Position numbers and translations under genes: made by a program. DNA of 44,918 nt from an uncultured Verrucomicrobiales bacterium. Its GTDB lineage: Bacteria; Verrucomicrobiota; Verrucomicrobiia; Verrucomicrobiales; Akkermansiaceae. The DNA is taken from contig CAYUKP010000001.1 in assembly GCA_964445335.1 (NCBI GenBank), forward strand, positions 1-44,918, written 5' to 3'. The notes under the pieces are model-generated. The model was not told where the DNA came from. It saw nothing but the letters and a program-made list of their open reading frames with translations, and did not search any database. Positions 16,741 to 25,832 of the stretch are shown here, one piece after another; within the stretch, counting starts at the first letter, position 1; each line of letters starts with the position of its first letter.

Positions 16741-19248
16741 TTAAAGGTCTGAAGAATTGTTTACAGTAGGAACTGGGTAGATTGTGTTTTGATGATGAGT
16801 GAGACTAGAGACATGCTGAGCGTTGAGCCAACCCCTTGTATGATTTGCTAGTTCGACATAGAGCCACAAGCCACGTTGCTCTAAGACTTTTCCGAGACTG
16901 CCCGGAGCAGCTTTGATGACATTACTGCCGCTATGAGATGCACTTGTTTTGAGGGTGACAGTTTCTGGAGATGTAACAAGGATGAAAGGGGTGCGTTTAA
17001 GCAAAGTGCGCGTTTGAGTGGCGAGAAACATACTTAATCTCATAGAGCTCGTGAGGATGAGTGAGCTCGTAAGAATGATGTAGATGAGAACAGAGAAGCG
17101 TCTGTGCTCTAATAAGCTAAAGATTAAGAGCGTTATGAGAAATGTCCACATCCCAATCCAACTTAAGCGTGAGGAAAGCTTACGAGGAATGGCTAGAAAT
17201 CTTTGATAGAGGTCTTTTTTCTTAGGGAGGATAGGATTATGTTTGCCTATTAAGTATGTTAAATTTTGCAGTGATTCAGGATGATCCGGGTCAATAATAA
17301 TGGCTCGTTTATAATATAGCATGGCGAGACCTGGTTGTTGGAGGTTTGCGTAGCAGGTGCCGATATTGTATAAGGCATCAGCTGAATCATGAGGAGGCAT
17401 GTTGAGATAGGTCGAAATAGCTGCTAAATAGTTTCCTTCTTGGGTGAACGCATAAGCGGTTTGTTCTAACTCCTTTGGGCTTTTTAATGTATCTACGTGT
17501 TCTGAGGCAGAAACCTTTGGGGTCGAAAGGACAGTGCACAGGAGGAGTAAAAACGTAGTATGCTTTAATGCTTTGGATAGGTTGGTGAGAATCTTCTTAC
17601 GAACGTCTTCAGTAATGAGAGTTCGATCTTTTTCTGGGAGGTAACAGGAATTGTTACGTAACTCCTCAATCTCAGCACGTAGCTCCTTATTTTTTGGTAG
17701 GTAAGTTTTTGCAAAAAAGGCAGCTTTTTTGATGAAGAGGATGGGGTCCTGCATTTTATGAAGTCTTTGCAGTGTGCGAGACGCAGCAATTTTCTTAGGA
17801 TGAGGTATGAGTCTTTTGAGGAGGTGTTTCTTAAAGAAGAGCCAGAAGAGGTATAAGGAAACAAGCGCGGGGAAAAGGTGCCAAGAGATGTACGTTAGAT
17901 TAGATGTTTTTTGGGGGGCTTTAGGTGGTATGAAGTCTAAAACTCCTTCCATTTTTTCATCAGGAGTCGTCAGGTTAGCTGTTGAGGAGGGAGCGGTAGA
18001 GTTCTGTTTGTTTTTTTGTTTACTAGGGAAGGTAGAAGGAAGAGTGTCTTTCTGAAGGTTGGCAGCAACTCTTGTCTTGAAGCTTAATGGAATCGGGTCG
18101 GATTCGAGAGTAATGTAAGACTTTGTTTCTGGGTCAAAATATGAAAATTTATAAACAGGGATAAAGCTTTGCTCCGAGGTCGGTCTAATAATTTGTTCAA
18201 ACTCCACCGACCCTGAGAGATATTTCCTTTCTTCGTCTCGTTGCTTTTTTATCGCAGGGTAAACTCTCCAAGAGTTTGGAGTAAAGATTGGTTTAGGTGC
18301 TTCGATTTCATTTAGGTTTCCACTCCCTGATACGGTAAGTTTAATCGTTATGGGATCGGAAGGTGAGGATATATCAGGGTTGAGAGCCTTTACGTCTATC
18401 GTATATTTGCCAACAGCTCCATCAAAAGTCTTAGGAGCTGGAGTTGGGAGAGCTAATGCGGTCCGTTTGATTGCTTCTACAGGAAGGGGGATTGTAATTT
18501 CTCTCCAAGTTGCGATACCTGAGGGTTCCAAAAACTTGAAAATTGGGGTTACATTACCTGGTCCTAGGCTGACCTCACCTTCTTGGATGGCGTGAACCGA
18601 ACTACTATAGGATAAAGCGTAGCTTGATCCGGAAGGGAGCAGAAAGGGGAGTGTGTCCTTAATACTCTCATTTGTAGAAGGTTGGAAAGTCCATGCCGAC
18701 ATGCCGTGACGCTTTTGGTCAGAGAGCCCCTGGTCAATTATTTGGAAGGTACTTGGCGCATTGGGTAGGTAAACTTTAAGTTCCGCACGTACATTCTCTC
18801 CTAAATACAATTCTTTTTTAGGGAGAAACATTTTGGTGGCGAATGTGAGATCCTCGCCTTTCACCTTAAGAGTCTGGAATGTTAGCGCATCTGCCGAAAA
18901 TACATGAAAAGTGTGTGGGTTAGTCGTATACTTCTTTTTCTTTATCTGTAAGGTGAGTTTTGGGATTTCGTGAGAACCTGTGATAAGAGAAGAAATCTTG
19001 TATTTGTGGTGGTAAACGGTGTTACCTAATTTGTTTCGCGTGCGAGAAATGTCATAGAGTTCAGCGGTGTAACGATGACTTTTAATGGTAGGTAAGGATT
19101 TTAGTTCCTTCTTTGTTTCAATGTAGAACGTAGTGTATTCGCCTTTAACGATATTAGAGGAACTCAAGAAGCTTTTGATTTCTATGGCATGCAGAGACAT
19201 CAGAAGGCCTGTTAGCATGAAGAATTTAATGAAAAAGTTATAGGTCAT
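16741..19248 (-). CDS. BatD-BatE fusion protein (BatD-like modules, TM, TPR, TMs, SH3-like C-terminus)
   Basis: About 835 aa. The N-terminal 400 aa are BatD-like (..DPITIKLTVSGSGNL..), followed by an S/T/P/K-rich linker and a TM segment. An internal signal-like segment (TTFLLLLCTVLSTPKVSASE) is followed by TPR repeats (..ALYNIGTCYANLQQPGLAMLYYKRAIIIDPDHPES..). TM helices and an SH3-like end (..RGLWLYVELANHTRGWLNAQHV..) complete the protein. I prefer ATG 19248 as the start. The ORF track's 19260 is a TTG overlapping the upstream stop. Confidence 0.75.
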   Translation of the reverse strand: MTYNFFIKFFMLTGLLMSLHAIEIKSFLSSSNIVKGEYTTFYIETKKELKSLPTIKSHRYTAELYDISRTRNKLGNTVYHHKYKISSLITGSHEIPKLTLQIKKKKYTTNPHTFHVFSADALTFQTLKVKGEDLTFATKMFLPKKELYLGENVRAELKVYLPNAPSTFQIIDQGLSDQKRHGMSAWTFQPSTNESIKDTLPFLLPSGSSYALSYSSSVHAIQEGEVSLGPGNVTPIFKFLEPSGIATWREITIPLPVEAIKRTALALPTPAPKTFDGAVGKYTIDVKALNPDISSPSDPITIKLTVSGSGNLNEIEAPKPIFTPNSWRVYPAIKKQRDEERKYLSGSVEFEQIIRPTSEQSFIPVYKFSYFDPETKSYITLESDPIPLSFKTRVAANLQKDTLPSTFPSKQKNKQNSTAPSSTANLTTPDEKMEGVLDFIPPKAPQKTSNLTYISWHLFPALVSLYLFWLFFKKHLLKRLIPHPKKIAASRTLQRLHKMQDPILFIKKAAFFAKTYLPKNKELRAEIEELRNNSCYLPEKDRTLITEDVRKKILTNLSKALKHTTFLLLLCTVLSTPKVSASEHVDTLKSPKELEQTAYAFTQEGNYLAAISTYLNMPPHDSADALYNIGTCYANLQQPGLAMLYYKRAIIIDPDHPESLQNLTYLIGKHNPILPKKKDLYQRFLAIPRKLSSRLSWIGMWTFLITLLIFSLLEHRRFSVLIYIILTSSLILTSSMRLSMFLATQTRTLLKRTPFILVTSPETVTLKTSASHSGSNVIKAAPGSLGKVLEQRGLWLYVELANHTRGWLNAQHVSSLTHHQNTIYPVPTVNNSSDL

Positions 19249-19253
19249 CTGAG

Positions 19254-21116
19254 TTACCAATCGTTAAGAGGTTGTTGTGAGTAATTTTGTCGTCCTGTTT
19301 TTAAATAGCCTTGTTTAATATCGCTATGATGTCTCAGTTTACGACGTGCATATTCTTTAGTGAGTTGCTCTTGTTTAAGGAGTTGCTCTTGAGCTGTTAC
19401 CTCTTCTTTTGATAAAGGAGGTTCTGTTTCTTTGCGAGTTGAGTTTTTATGTTTTTCTAAAATCTTCTCTAGTTCACCCCAAGTATAGTTGTCTGCGTCT
19501 TCCGAGGGAGGAGCGTCTTTTCCTTGTTGTTTGTCTCCGGGCTCTTTTCCTTCTTGTTGTTGTTTCTGTGCTTCTTCTTTTTCTTTTTCCTTGATGCTTT
19601 TAGCTTGTTCTCTTTTGAGTTTTTCTAAACGCGTCGAAACGTGAAAAAAATTTGCTTTTGCTCGTGAATGGTCAGGTAGTAGATGGAGGCTAGAGCTGTA
19701 ATGGTCTAGAGCGTCATTCCATTGTTGAATTACAGCTTTTCTTAACTTGAGCTGATTTGTTCGACTGTCTTGTTTAGGAATGATTTTAAGAACAGACTGC
19801 CCAAACTTGAAAAGAGAGTTTCCTATATTATAGTGAGACTCACTTTGAATTTTTTTATCTTTAACAAGTAGGCTTAAGGAGAACGAAGAAATAGCATTGG
19901 GGTACCTCTTTGCACGATATTCTGCTACTCCTTGAGAAAATCGAAGTTTATAGGCCATTTTGCCATAGGATTTGGTGGCCTGCATTTCGAAATACTGAGC
20001 TGCTTCTTGATAGCGCTCAGCTTTATAAAGTTTGTAGCCTAAATTATTTTTAGGGTTAGCAATGGAGGCTTCAGATTTTTGAATAGGTATTATGCAAAAC
20101 ATGATGCATAGCGCCTTTTTTGATAGGGCTTTATAGACTCTAGGAGCGAATATTGCGAGTAGAGCGAACGCTACTGATGCAAGTAAGAAAAACTGATAGG
20201 TATGGTTGTAAGTGATACGGTTTGATGTGGACTCATCTTCTGCTTCAATTGAGTCAAGAGTAGAACTCAGTCGAGGGATAAATGTGTAATCATCAGTTTG
20301 GAAATAATGACCGTTGCCGAGGGATGCAATTTTCTTTAGGTTTGGTTCTTGAATACGGCTAGTGACAGTCTGACCATCTTTATTCCTAAAAAAACCGTCG
20401 TCAGACCTTTTGTCAGGAACGAGGTCTCCAGCATTCGTTCCAACTCCTAGGACGAAGACCCGAAACTTATTCCGAGCTACTTGATAAATTTGTTTTTCGA
20501 TAAGGGGGGTGTGAAATTCTCCATCGCTTAGAATGACCAATAATGACTCATCTACCTCTGGAGATTTATTTAAGGAAGACATGAGGTCGAATAGGGCTTT
20601 GGTGGAGGATCCTCCATAAGGAATGGAGTCTTGACTCAGGGAAAGGACTGTTTCTTTAAGGGCATTGTGATCAAGGGTTAAGGGAGCCTCTACCCAAGCG
20701 TTTCCAGCAAAGGAAATTAAACATATTTGCTCGTCTGAAAAGGTTTCTATGATTTCGATGGCTGAGGTTTTGGCTTTGGTTAATCGGTCGGGGAAGACAT
20801 CCTTCACCAGCATAGAACGAGAGAGGTCTATTGCAATATAGATATTTCTCCCACTGTTTGGGAGCTTTTCGACTGTTTTGCCCTGATATGGGCCTGCGAG
20901 AGAGAGAATACTAAGGAGTGTTGCGATGAAGACCAGACCTATTTTGAGCTGTAAAGGTCTCTTAGAGTGGTGCGTTACAAGTCTTTCCATTAGGTAAGGT
21001 GAACCAACGAACGGCTCATTTTTTATTCTGCGATGGCGTGCATATACCTTGCCTATAATAAGGATTAATATGGGGATAAGGAACAGGAAGAGTAACTCTG
21101 AATTTATGAAGGTCAT
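19254..21116 (-). CDS. BatB-BatC fusion protein (TM, VWA, 2 TM, TPR, charged tail)
   Basis: 620 aa with the VWA MIDAS motif 'IAIDLSRSM' and '..VILSDGEFHT..'. TM segments lie near residues 305-345. TPR-like repeats follow (..YKAERYQEAAQYFEMQA.. and ..AEYRAKRYPNAISSF..). The K/E/Q-rich tail ends ..QPLNDW. Confidence 0.78.
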   Translation of the reverse strand: MTFINSELLFLFLIPILILIIGKVYARHRRIKNEPFVGSPYLMERLVTHHSKRPLQLKIGLVFIATLLSILSLAGPYQGKTVEKLPNSGRNIYIAIDLSRSMLVKDVFPDRLTKAKTSAIEIIETFSDEQICLISFAGNAWVEAPLTLDHNALKETVLSLSQDSIPYGGSSTKALFDLMSSLNKSPEVDESLLVILSDGEFHTPLIEKQIYQVARNKFRVFVLGVGTNAGDLVPDKRSDDGFFRNKDGQTVTSRIQEPNLKKIASLGNGHYFQTDDYTFIPRLSSTLDSIEAEDESTSNRITYNHTYQFFLLASVAFALLAIFAPRVYKALSKKALCIMFCIIPIQKSEASIANPKNNLGYKLYKAERYQEAAQYFEMQATKSYGKMAYKLRFSQGVAEYRAKRYPNAISSFSLSLLVKDKKIQSESHYNIGNSLFKFGQSVLKIIPKQDSRTNQLKLRKAVIQQWNDALDHYSSSLHLLPDHSRAKANFFHVSTRLEKLKREQAKSIKEKEKEEAQKQQQEGKEPGDKQQGKDAPPSEDADNYTWGELEKILEKHKNSTRKETEPPLSKEEVTAQEQLLKQEQLTKEYARRKLRHHSDIKQGYLKTGRQNYSQQPLNDW

Positions 21117-21123
21117 GGGCGCG

Positions 21124-22131
21124 TTACAGAGTTGGGTTGGGATAAATACAGCTGAAGCTCAGAGAGCATAAGAAACACAAGGAACTTGCTGCTACAAACC
21201 ATTGAAATAGTTCAGTCGTAAGAGTGGTGGAGCGAATCGTTTCGGTAGTTTTCTCCAGAGTGTTGATGCTCTGAAAGGTTGTATTAAGGTCGAGAACTGA
21301 TTTTGCCCTAAAAAATTCACCTCCAGTATTCACAGCTATAGCTTTAAGGGTGGGTAAGTCAAACTCTTGCTTAGGAAAGCGTTGAATTGATGAGGGAACG
21401 CGACCATTCTCTGTTCCTATAGCGATGGTATAGATTTTGATATCGAGCTCGGCACAGAGTCGTGAGGCTTCTTCAGGGTCAATGTTTCCCGTATTATTGG
21501 CTCCATCTGTAATGAGAACGATGACTTTACTAAGGGCTTCTCGTTCGGTTAGCTTAGTAGCTGAGGCAGCTATGGAAGATCCGACAGCTGTGCCTTGTTC
21601 TTTAATGTCGCCGATTTTAATGGATTTGAGCCTCTTTTGTAGCCAACTGTGGTCATGTGTAATAGGGCTAAGGGAATATGGGCGTCCTGAAAATGCAATG
21701 ATGCCGATGCGGTCATGAGAACGTTTATCAATGAAGTCTTGTAGAACTTTTTTCGCGGCATCTAGCCTCATAATCGGAGGTTTGGAGATGTCGTCATTGG
21801 GGTGAAAGTCCTCAATTATCATGGAGTAAGACAAGTCTAAGGCTATGACGAGATCTATGCCATCTTCTGATTGGGCATGGTATGTTGTCGTATAGATTGG
21901 GCGAGCTAGACCCAGAAGGCAGCAGATGAGGCCAAGCATGAGAAAAGATACATGATAGCCTCCAGCCTTTTTTTTGACGACCTTACCTAGAGGCTTTAGT
22001 GAGGAAACTGATGAATAAGTGATGGTGTCTATAAACCCTTCACGACCAGATAGAAGCCCTAAAAGTAAGATCAAAGGGAGCCCGTAAAGCCATTGAGGGC
22101 ATGAGAAACTAAATGTTAGCAAAATAGGCAT
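21124..22131 (-). CDS. BatA-like VWA membrane protein (second copy)
   Basis: 335 aa with N-terminal TM segments. MIDAS motif 'IALDLSYSM', plus '..VLITDGANNTG..'. C-terminal TM present. Confidence 0.85.
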   Translation of the reverse strand: MPILLTFSFSCPQWLYGLPLILLLGLLSGREGFIDTITYSSVSSLKPLGKVVKKKAGGYHVSFLMLGLICCLLGLARPIYTTTYHAQSEDGIDLVIALDLSYSMIIEDFHPNDDISKPPIMRLDAAKKVLQDFIDKRSHDRIGIIAFSGRPYSLSPITHDHSWLQKRLKSIKIGDIKEQGTAVGSSIAASATKLTEREALSKVIVLITDGANNTGNIDPEEASRLCAELDIKIYTIAIGTENGRVPSSIQRFPKQEFDLPTLKAIAVNTGGEFFRAKSVLDLNTTFQSINTLEKTTETIRSTTLTTELFQWFVAASSLCFLCSLSFSCIYPNPTL

Positions 22132-22140
22132 ATATATGAA

Positions 22141-22644
22141 TTAAGAACAATAGTGATTAATATCTTCTAGGAGGGTCTTTGTTTCTGTAATAGCTTGAAT
22201 TGCGAGTTCAGGTTCAGGTGATATGGCTTGATACTTCATGCCCCAGAGGTTGAGGAGGTGTTGTTGGCACCTTTGAGCCAAGGCTTCGTCCTCGATTTTT
22301 AAAACTCCTTGAGGGTCGAGGTTAAGCTCATGTCTTGTTCTGTAGAGCATGGTTGATCCTAACTCTTTGTCTAAACTTTCTCGAATTAGCAAGGAAAGTT
22401 GCTGAGCACAGAGATTCAGAGGGAGATTTTTCCAGTGTGTGTTTTTTTGAATAATAGTTTCAATAGCCTCTGTAAAATGGTTGGTTTCTTCAGGTTGTTC
22501 CGATGCATGGCTTCTGTGGCGCATGAATAGGTAGATCGCAAGCAAGACCCCAATCCCACCTAATATCGTAAGTATAATACTCAGAATATAGTTTATATTA
22601 GCCGTGGAAAATTCGGTGATATCATGAAATTGTTCTGTCGCCAT
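22141..22644 (-). CDS. small single-pass membrane protein in the DUF4381 slot
   Basis: 167 aa if started at ATG 22644 (MATEQFHD..), 8 nt after the DUF58 stop. The track's 22740 start overlaps DUF58 by 86 nt. One TM segment (ILSIILTILGGIGVLLAIYLF). The helical C-part shares the pattern of the 9674-10666 C-domain (LSLLIRESL.. versus ISDILRHYI..). Assignment rests on synteny and this weak resemblance. Confidence 0.5.
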   Translation of the reverse strand: MATEQFHDITEFSTANINYILSIILTILGGIGVLLAIYLFMRHRSHASEQPEETNHFTEAIETIIQKNTHWKNLPLNLCAQQLSLLIRESLDKELGSTMLYRTRHELNLDPQGVLKIEDEALAQRCQQHLLNLWGMKYQAISPEPELAIQAITETKTLLEDINHYCS

Positions 22645-22654
22645 ACAGAGTAAA

Positions 22655-23548
22655 TTATTTTCGCTTGGATGAGCGTGACAAAAGAAGCTCATGTAAGGGA
22701 AGGAAAAAGTCTTCCGTTGTTGAGAAAGACGCATAGTCAATGTCAGCTTTGTGAAAGAATTTTTTCAGGTTTTCTAGGAACAAGGTTCGTTTTTGATGAT
22801 AGGCTGCACGGACATGGGAGCTGTTGGTGTTTACAGCGACCTCACAAAGGGTTTCTGGATCAATGAGCCCAACGAGTCCGGCGCGAGGTAGGCGCTGCTC
22901 TGCGGGATCCTCTACACGTAGTGCGAGCATGTCATGGCGATAAGCTGTAGACATGAGTGATTCGTTTAGATCCATATCCTGAAAGTCTGAGATGAGAAAG
23001 ACTAAAGCCCTTTTCTTACAGAGTCGGTTGAGATACAGGCAAGCATTATCAAGATTTGCATGGCCTGGAGGAGGTGGCTGGGCAATTATTTCACGAATAA
23101 TACGTAGGACATGGGTGCGACCTGTATGAGGAGGAAGGTATAGTAATGGCTTATCAGAGAAGAGGATGAGGCCAATTTTGTCATGATTACTGGTGACCGC
23201 AAATGCGAGAGTCGCTGCGATCCTTGCCATTAAAGCTCGTTTACTTTTCTCATTACTTCCATAGAGTGTTGAGCCTGAGACATCGATCAAAAGGATGACA
23301 TCTAGATCTCGGTCTTCCTTGAAGGTTCTGACATAAGGGGTTTGGCTTCTAGCCGTAACATTCCAGTCAATGAAGCGTATTTCATCCCCAGCTTGATATT
23401 CTCGGTAGTCATCAAAGTCTAGTCCACGGCCTTTGAAGCATGAGTGGTAATCGCCCGTAAAGGTTTCTTGTGCGAGTTTTTTGGCGTGTAATTCCAGTTG
23501 ATAGACTTGCTCCATCAACTCATTAATCTCTTCAGGAGAAAGGTTCAT
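22655..23548 (-). CDS. DUF58 family protein (second copy)
   Basis: 297 aa. The motif '..IRFIDWNVTAR..' is followed by 'LIDVSGST'. Lies directly downstream of the second MoxR gene. Confidence 0.88.
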   Translation of the reverse strand: MNLSPEEINELMEQVYQLELHAKKLAQETFTGDYHSCFKGRGLDFDDYREYQAGDEIRFIDWNVTARSQTPYVRTFKEDRDLDVILLIDVSGSTLYGSNEKSKRALMARIAATLAFAVTSNHDKIGLILFSDKPLLYLPPHTGRTHVLRIIREIIAQPPPPGHANLDNACLYLNRLCKKRALVFLISDFQDMDLNESLMSTAYRHDMLALRVEDPAEQRLPRAGLVGLIDPETLCEVAVNTNSSHVRAAYHQKRTLFLENLKKFFHKADIDYASFSTTEDFFLPLHELLLSRSSKRK

Positions 23549-23555
23549 AAACGGT

Positions 23556-24557
23556 TTACGGCACAGGAACTTCGTCTAGGATCGTATGGATGATAAAGTC
23601 AGCGTCTTTTTGTTCAGCCTCTGCTTCGTAGCTTAAGAGTAAGCGGTGTCTTAGGATGCAAGGAGCGAGATCTTTGATGTCCTGAGGTGAGACATAATCT
23701 CTTTTGTTAACAAGTGCTTGAGCACGAGCCGCAAGTGCTAAACTGATGGTGGCTCTAGGGGAGGCTCCAGCCCTAATGAAGGATTGAATGGAGCTTGGGA
23801 CTAGGTTTGATCCCCTTGTGCAATGAATTAAGGAGACAATATATCGTTCTAGGTCAGGATCGATGTAGATCTTATTCAGTAAGTTACGACATTGGCCAAT
23901 TTTTGTGACGTCTACCACAGCATTGGTCGTGTCTTTAGGAGTAGTGGAAGCCATCGCTTGTAAGACCCTTAACTCCTCTTCAGCAGAGGGGTAATCAACG
24001 ATTACTTTCATTAGAAATCTATCGAGTTGGGCCTCAGGTAGTTTGTAGGTGCCTTCTTGTTCTACAGGGTTTTGAGTCGCTAACACGAGAAAGGGTGAAG
24101 GGAGGGGATATGTCATATCACCAATGGTGACCTGACGTTCTTGCATCGCTTCGAGAAGGGCTGATTGTACTTTTGCAGGAGCACGATTGATTTCATCAGC
24201 TAAGACGAGATTCCCAAAGATTGGTCCTAATTTGGGGCTAAACTCTTGTTTGCTAGGATTATAGACCATCGTGCCAATAAGGTCTGCTGGGAGAAGGTCT
24301 GGAGTGAATTGTAACCGAGAAAACTGGAGGTCTAGGGCTCCACTAAGAGCTTTTACTGCGAGTGTTTTAGCGACACCAGGCATGCCTTCCAAGAGGATGT
24401 GACCATTACAAAGTAAGCAAATAATAAGTTTGTCGACTAGATCACTTTGCCCAACTAATACGGTAGAGATCTCTTTCTTCAGCTCAGAGATCCAAGAAGT
24501 AGGATCATGATCTAGATTAGATGATGAATGAAAAGAGGGTGACATATGCTTCCACAA
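23556..24557 (-). CDS. moxR: MoxR-family AAA+ ATPase (second copy)
   Basis: 333 aa. Walker A is 'GMPGVAKT' and Walker B is 'LVLADEINRA'. Long stretches are identical to the first copy (FTPDLLPAD.., ADEINRAPAKVQSALLEAMQE.., FLVLATQNP.EQEGTY.LPEAQ.DRF). Ends ..DEVPVP. Confidence 0.93.
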   Translation of the reverse strand: MWKHMSPSFHSSSNLDHDPTSWISELKKEISTVLVGQSDLVDKLIICLLCNGHILLEGMPGVAKTLAVKALSGALDLQFSRLQFTPDLLPADLIGTMVYNPSKQEFSPKLGPIFGNLVLADEINRAPAKVQSALLEAMQERQVTIGDMTYPLPSPFLVLATQNPVEQEGTYKLPEAQLDRFLMKVIVDYPSAEEELRVLQAMASTTPKDTTNAVVDVTKIGQCRNLLNKIYIDPDLERYIVSLIHCTRGSNLVPSSIQSFIRAGASPRATISLALAARAQALVNKRDYVSPQDIKDLAPCILRHRLLLSYEAEAEQKDADFIIHTILDEVPVP

Positions 24558-24821
24558 AAATCATTAATGTGTTAATTGTCGACCTTTTTGTTATATTTTT
24601 CGATAAGTTACAATTGTGCACTGTAAGGTAAGGAGCGAGGAAATTTATCGTAAGCTATTTGGAATTGTAGTGCCAAAGCATAGAATACAATAAATGTAAT
24701 GTTTTTATTGTAGGTGACCCATGGAGGAGGGAAGCGACTCTTTCTTAGGAAAGAGTCGAAATAAAGAGAGATTAGCGCTTTTGATTTCAAAAGCGGGCTA
24801 ACCTCATTAAGAAGGTGGTTT

Positions 24822-25832
24822 TTAGAGACCGACTTCTTGGATCGTGTGAAGAACTCTTGCGGCGATCGCGTATGGGTTGCCTTCTGAGTTTGGACGTCTG
24901 TCTTCGATGTATCCTTTCCAGTCGTTGTTAGCGAAGCTGTGTGGTACACGGATAGAAGCTCCTCTGTCTGCAATACCCCATGAGAACTTATCGATCGCTT
25001 GAGTTTCGTGGAGTCCAGTGAGACGTAAGTGGTTGTCAGGACCATATGCCGCAATGTGCTCAGCACAGTTTTTCTCAAATGCGGCCATGAGTTTGTCGAA
25101 GTACTCTTTACCTCCTGTTTCACGCATGAACTCGGTGGAGAAGTTGCAGTGCATTCCTGAACCGTTCCAGTCACCTTCGACAGGCTTACAGTGCCATTCG
25201 ATGTCTAATTCATATTTCTCAGCGATTCTGAGGAGTAGGAAGCGAGCCATCCAGATATCGTCAGCAGCTTTCTTGGATCCTTTACCAAAGACTTGGAACT
25301 CCCACTGCCCTTTAGCAACTTCAGCATTGATTCCCTCGTGGTTGATTCCAGCGTGGAGACATGCATAAAGGTGCTCTTCAACAAGTGTTCTAGCAATAGA
25401 GCCTGTGTTTTTGAATCCAACACCACAGTAATACTCCCCTTGTGGAGCAGGGAATCCATCTTTAGGGAATCCGTAAGGTGCGCCGTCTTCCATGAGGAAA
25501 TATTCTTGTTCAAACCCAAACCATGTTCCTTCGTCATCAATGATGGTTGCTCTAGCGTTTGAAGCGTGTGGTGTTCCGTCTGCATTGTAGACTTCACAAA
25601 GAACTAATACGCCAAATTCGTTTTCGATGTCAGGATATACTGCTACTGGTTTTAATACACAATCTGAATCTCCACCTTCAGCTTGCTTAGTAGAAGAACC
25701 ATCAAATCCCCAATCAGGAAGGTCTTCTACAGATGGGAAGGAATCATATTCTTTGATTTGACATTTGGTACGTAGGTTCTGAACTGGTGAGTAACCATCG
25801 AGCCAGATGTAATCTAATTTGTATTTAGCCAT
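24822..25832 (-). CDS. glnII: glutamine synthetase, type II (eukaryote-like GSII)
   Basis: 336 aa. It has '..LDYIWLDG..' at the N-terminus, '..WFGFEQEYFL..', and the ATP-site motif '..KPVEGDWNGSGMHCNFST..'. The short length matches GSII rather than GSI (~470 aa) or GSIII (~730 aa). Confidence 0.9.
   Translation of the reverse strand: MAKYKLDYIWLDGYSPVQNLRTKCQIKEYDSFPSVEDLPDWGFDGSSTKQAEGGDSDCVLKPVAVYPDIENEFGVLVLCEVYNADGTPHASNARATIIDDEGTWFGFEQEYFLMEDGAPYGFPKDGFPAPQGEYYCGVGFKNTGSIARTLVEEHLYACLHAGINHEGINAEVAKGQWEFQVFGKGSKKAADDIWMARFLLLRIAEKYELDIEWHCKPVEGDWNGSGMHCNFSTEFMRETGGKEYFDKLMAAFEKNCAEHIAAYGPDNHLRLTGLHETQAIDKFSWGIADRGASIRVPHSFANNDWKGYIEDRRPNSEGNPYAIAARVLHTIQEVGL

Noticed and set aside
16741-24557. 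Impression that Bat operon 2 is more AT-rich than operon 1, hinting at foreign origin
   Set aside because: Hand counts of single 60-nt lines gave lower G+C for operon 2. However, lines within clpC varied just as much (about 32% to 57%). Spot counts are therefore not reliable, and a proper windowed GC/codon analysis is needed before any claim.
24660-24675. Sigma-54-like element TGGCAC-tacaa-TTCCA on the minus strand, about 100 nt upstream of the second moxR
   Set aside because: The -24 half is perfect, but the essential -12 GC is replaced (TTCC instead of TTGC). It is worth checking if a genome-wide sigma-54 matrix is run, but is not supportable as a promoter from sequence alone.
24608-25174. 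188-aa minus-strand ORF overlapping the 3' part of glnII and running into the glnII/moxR spacer
   Set aside because: It is in a different frame from a strongly supported GSII gene. The sequence is S/T/K-rich and low in information, with no recognisable domain. It is a by-product of the real gene's frame.
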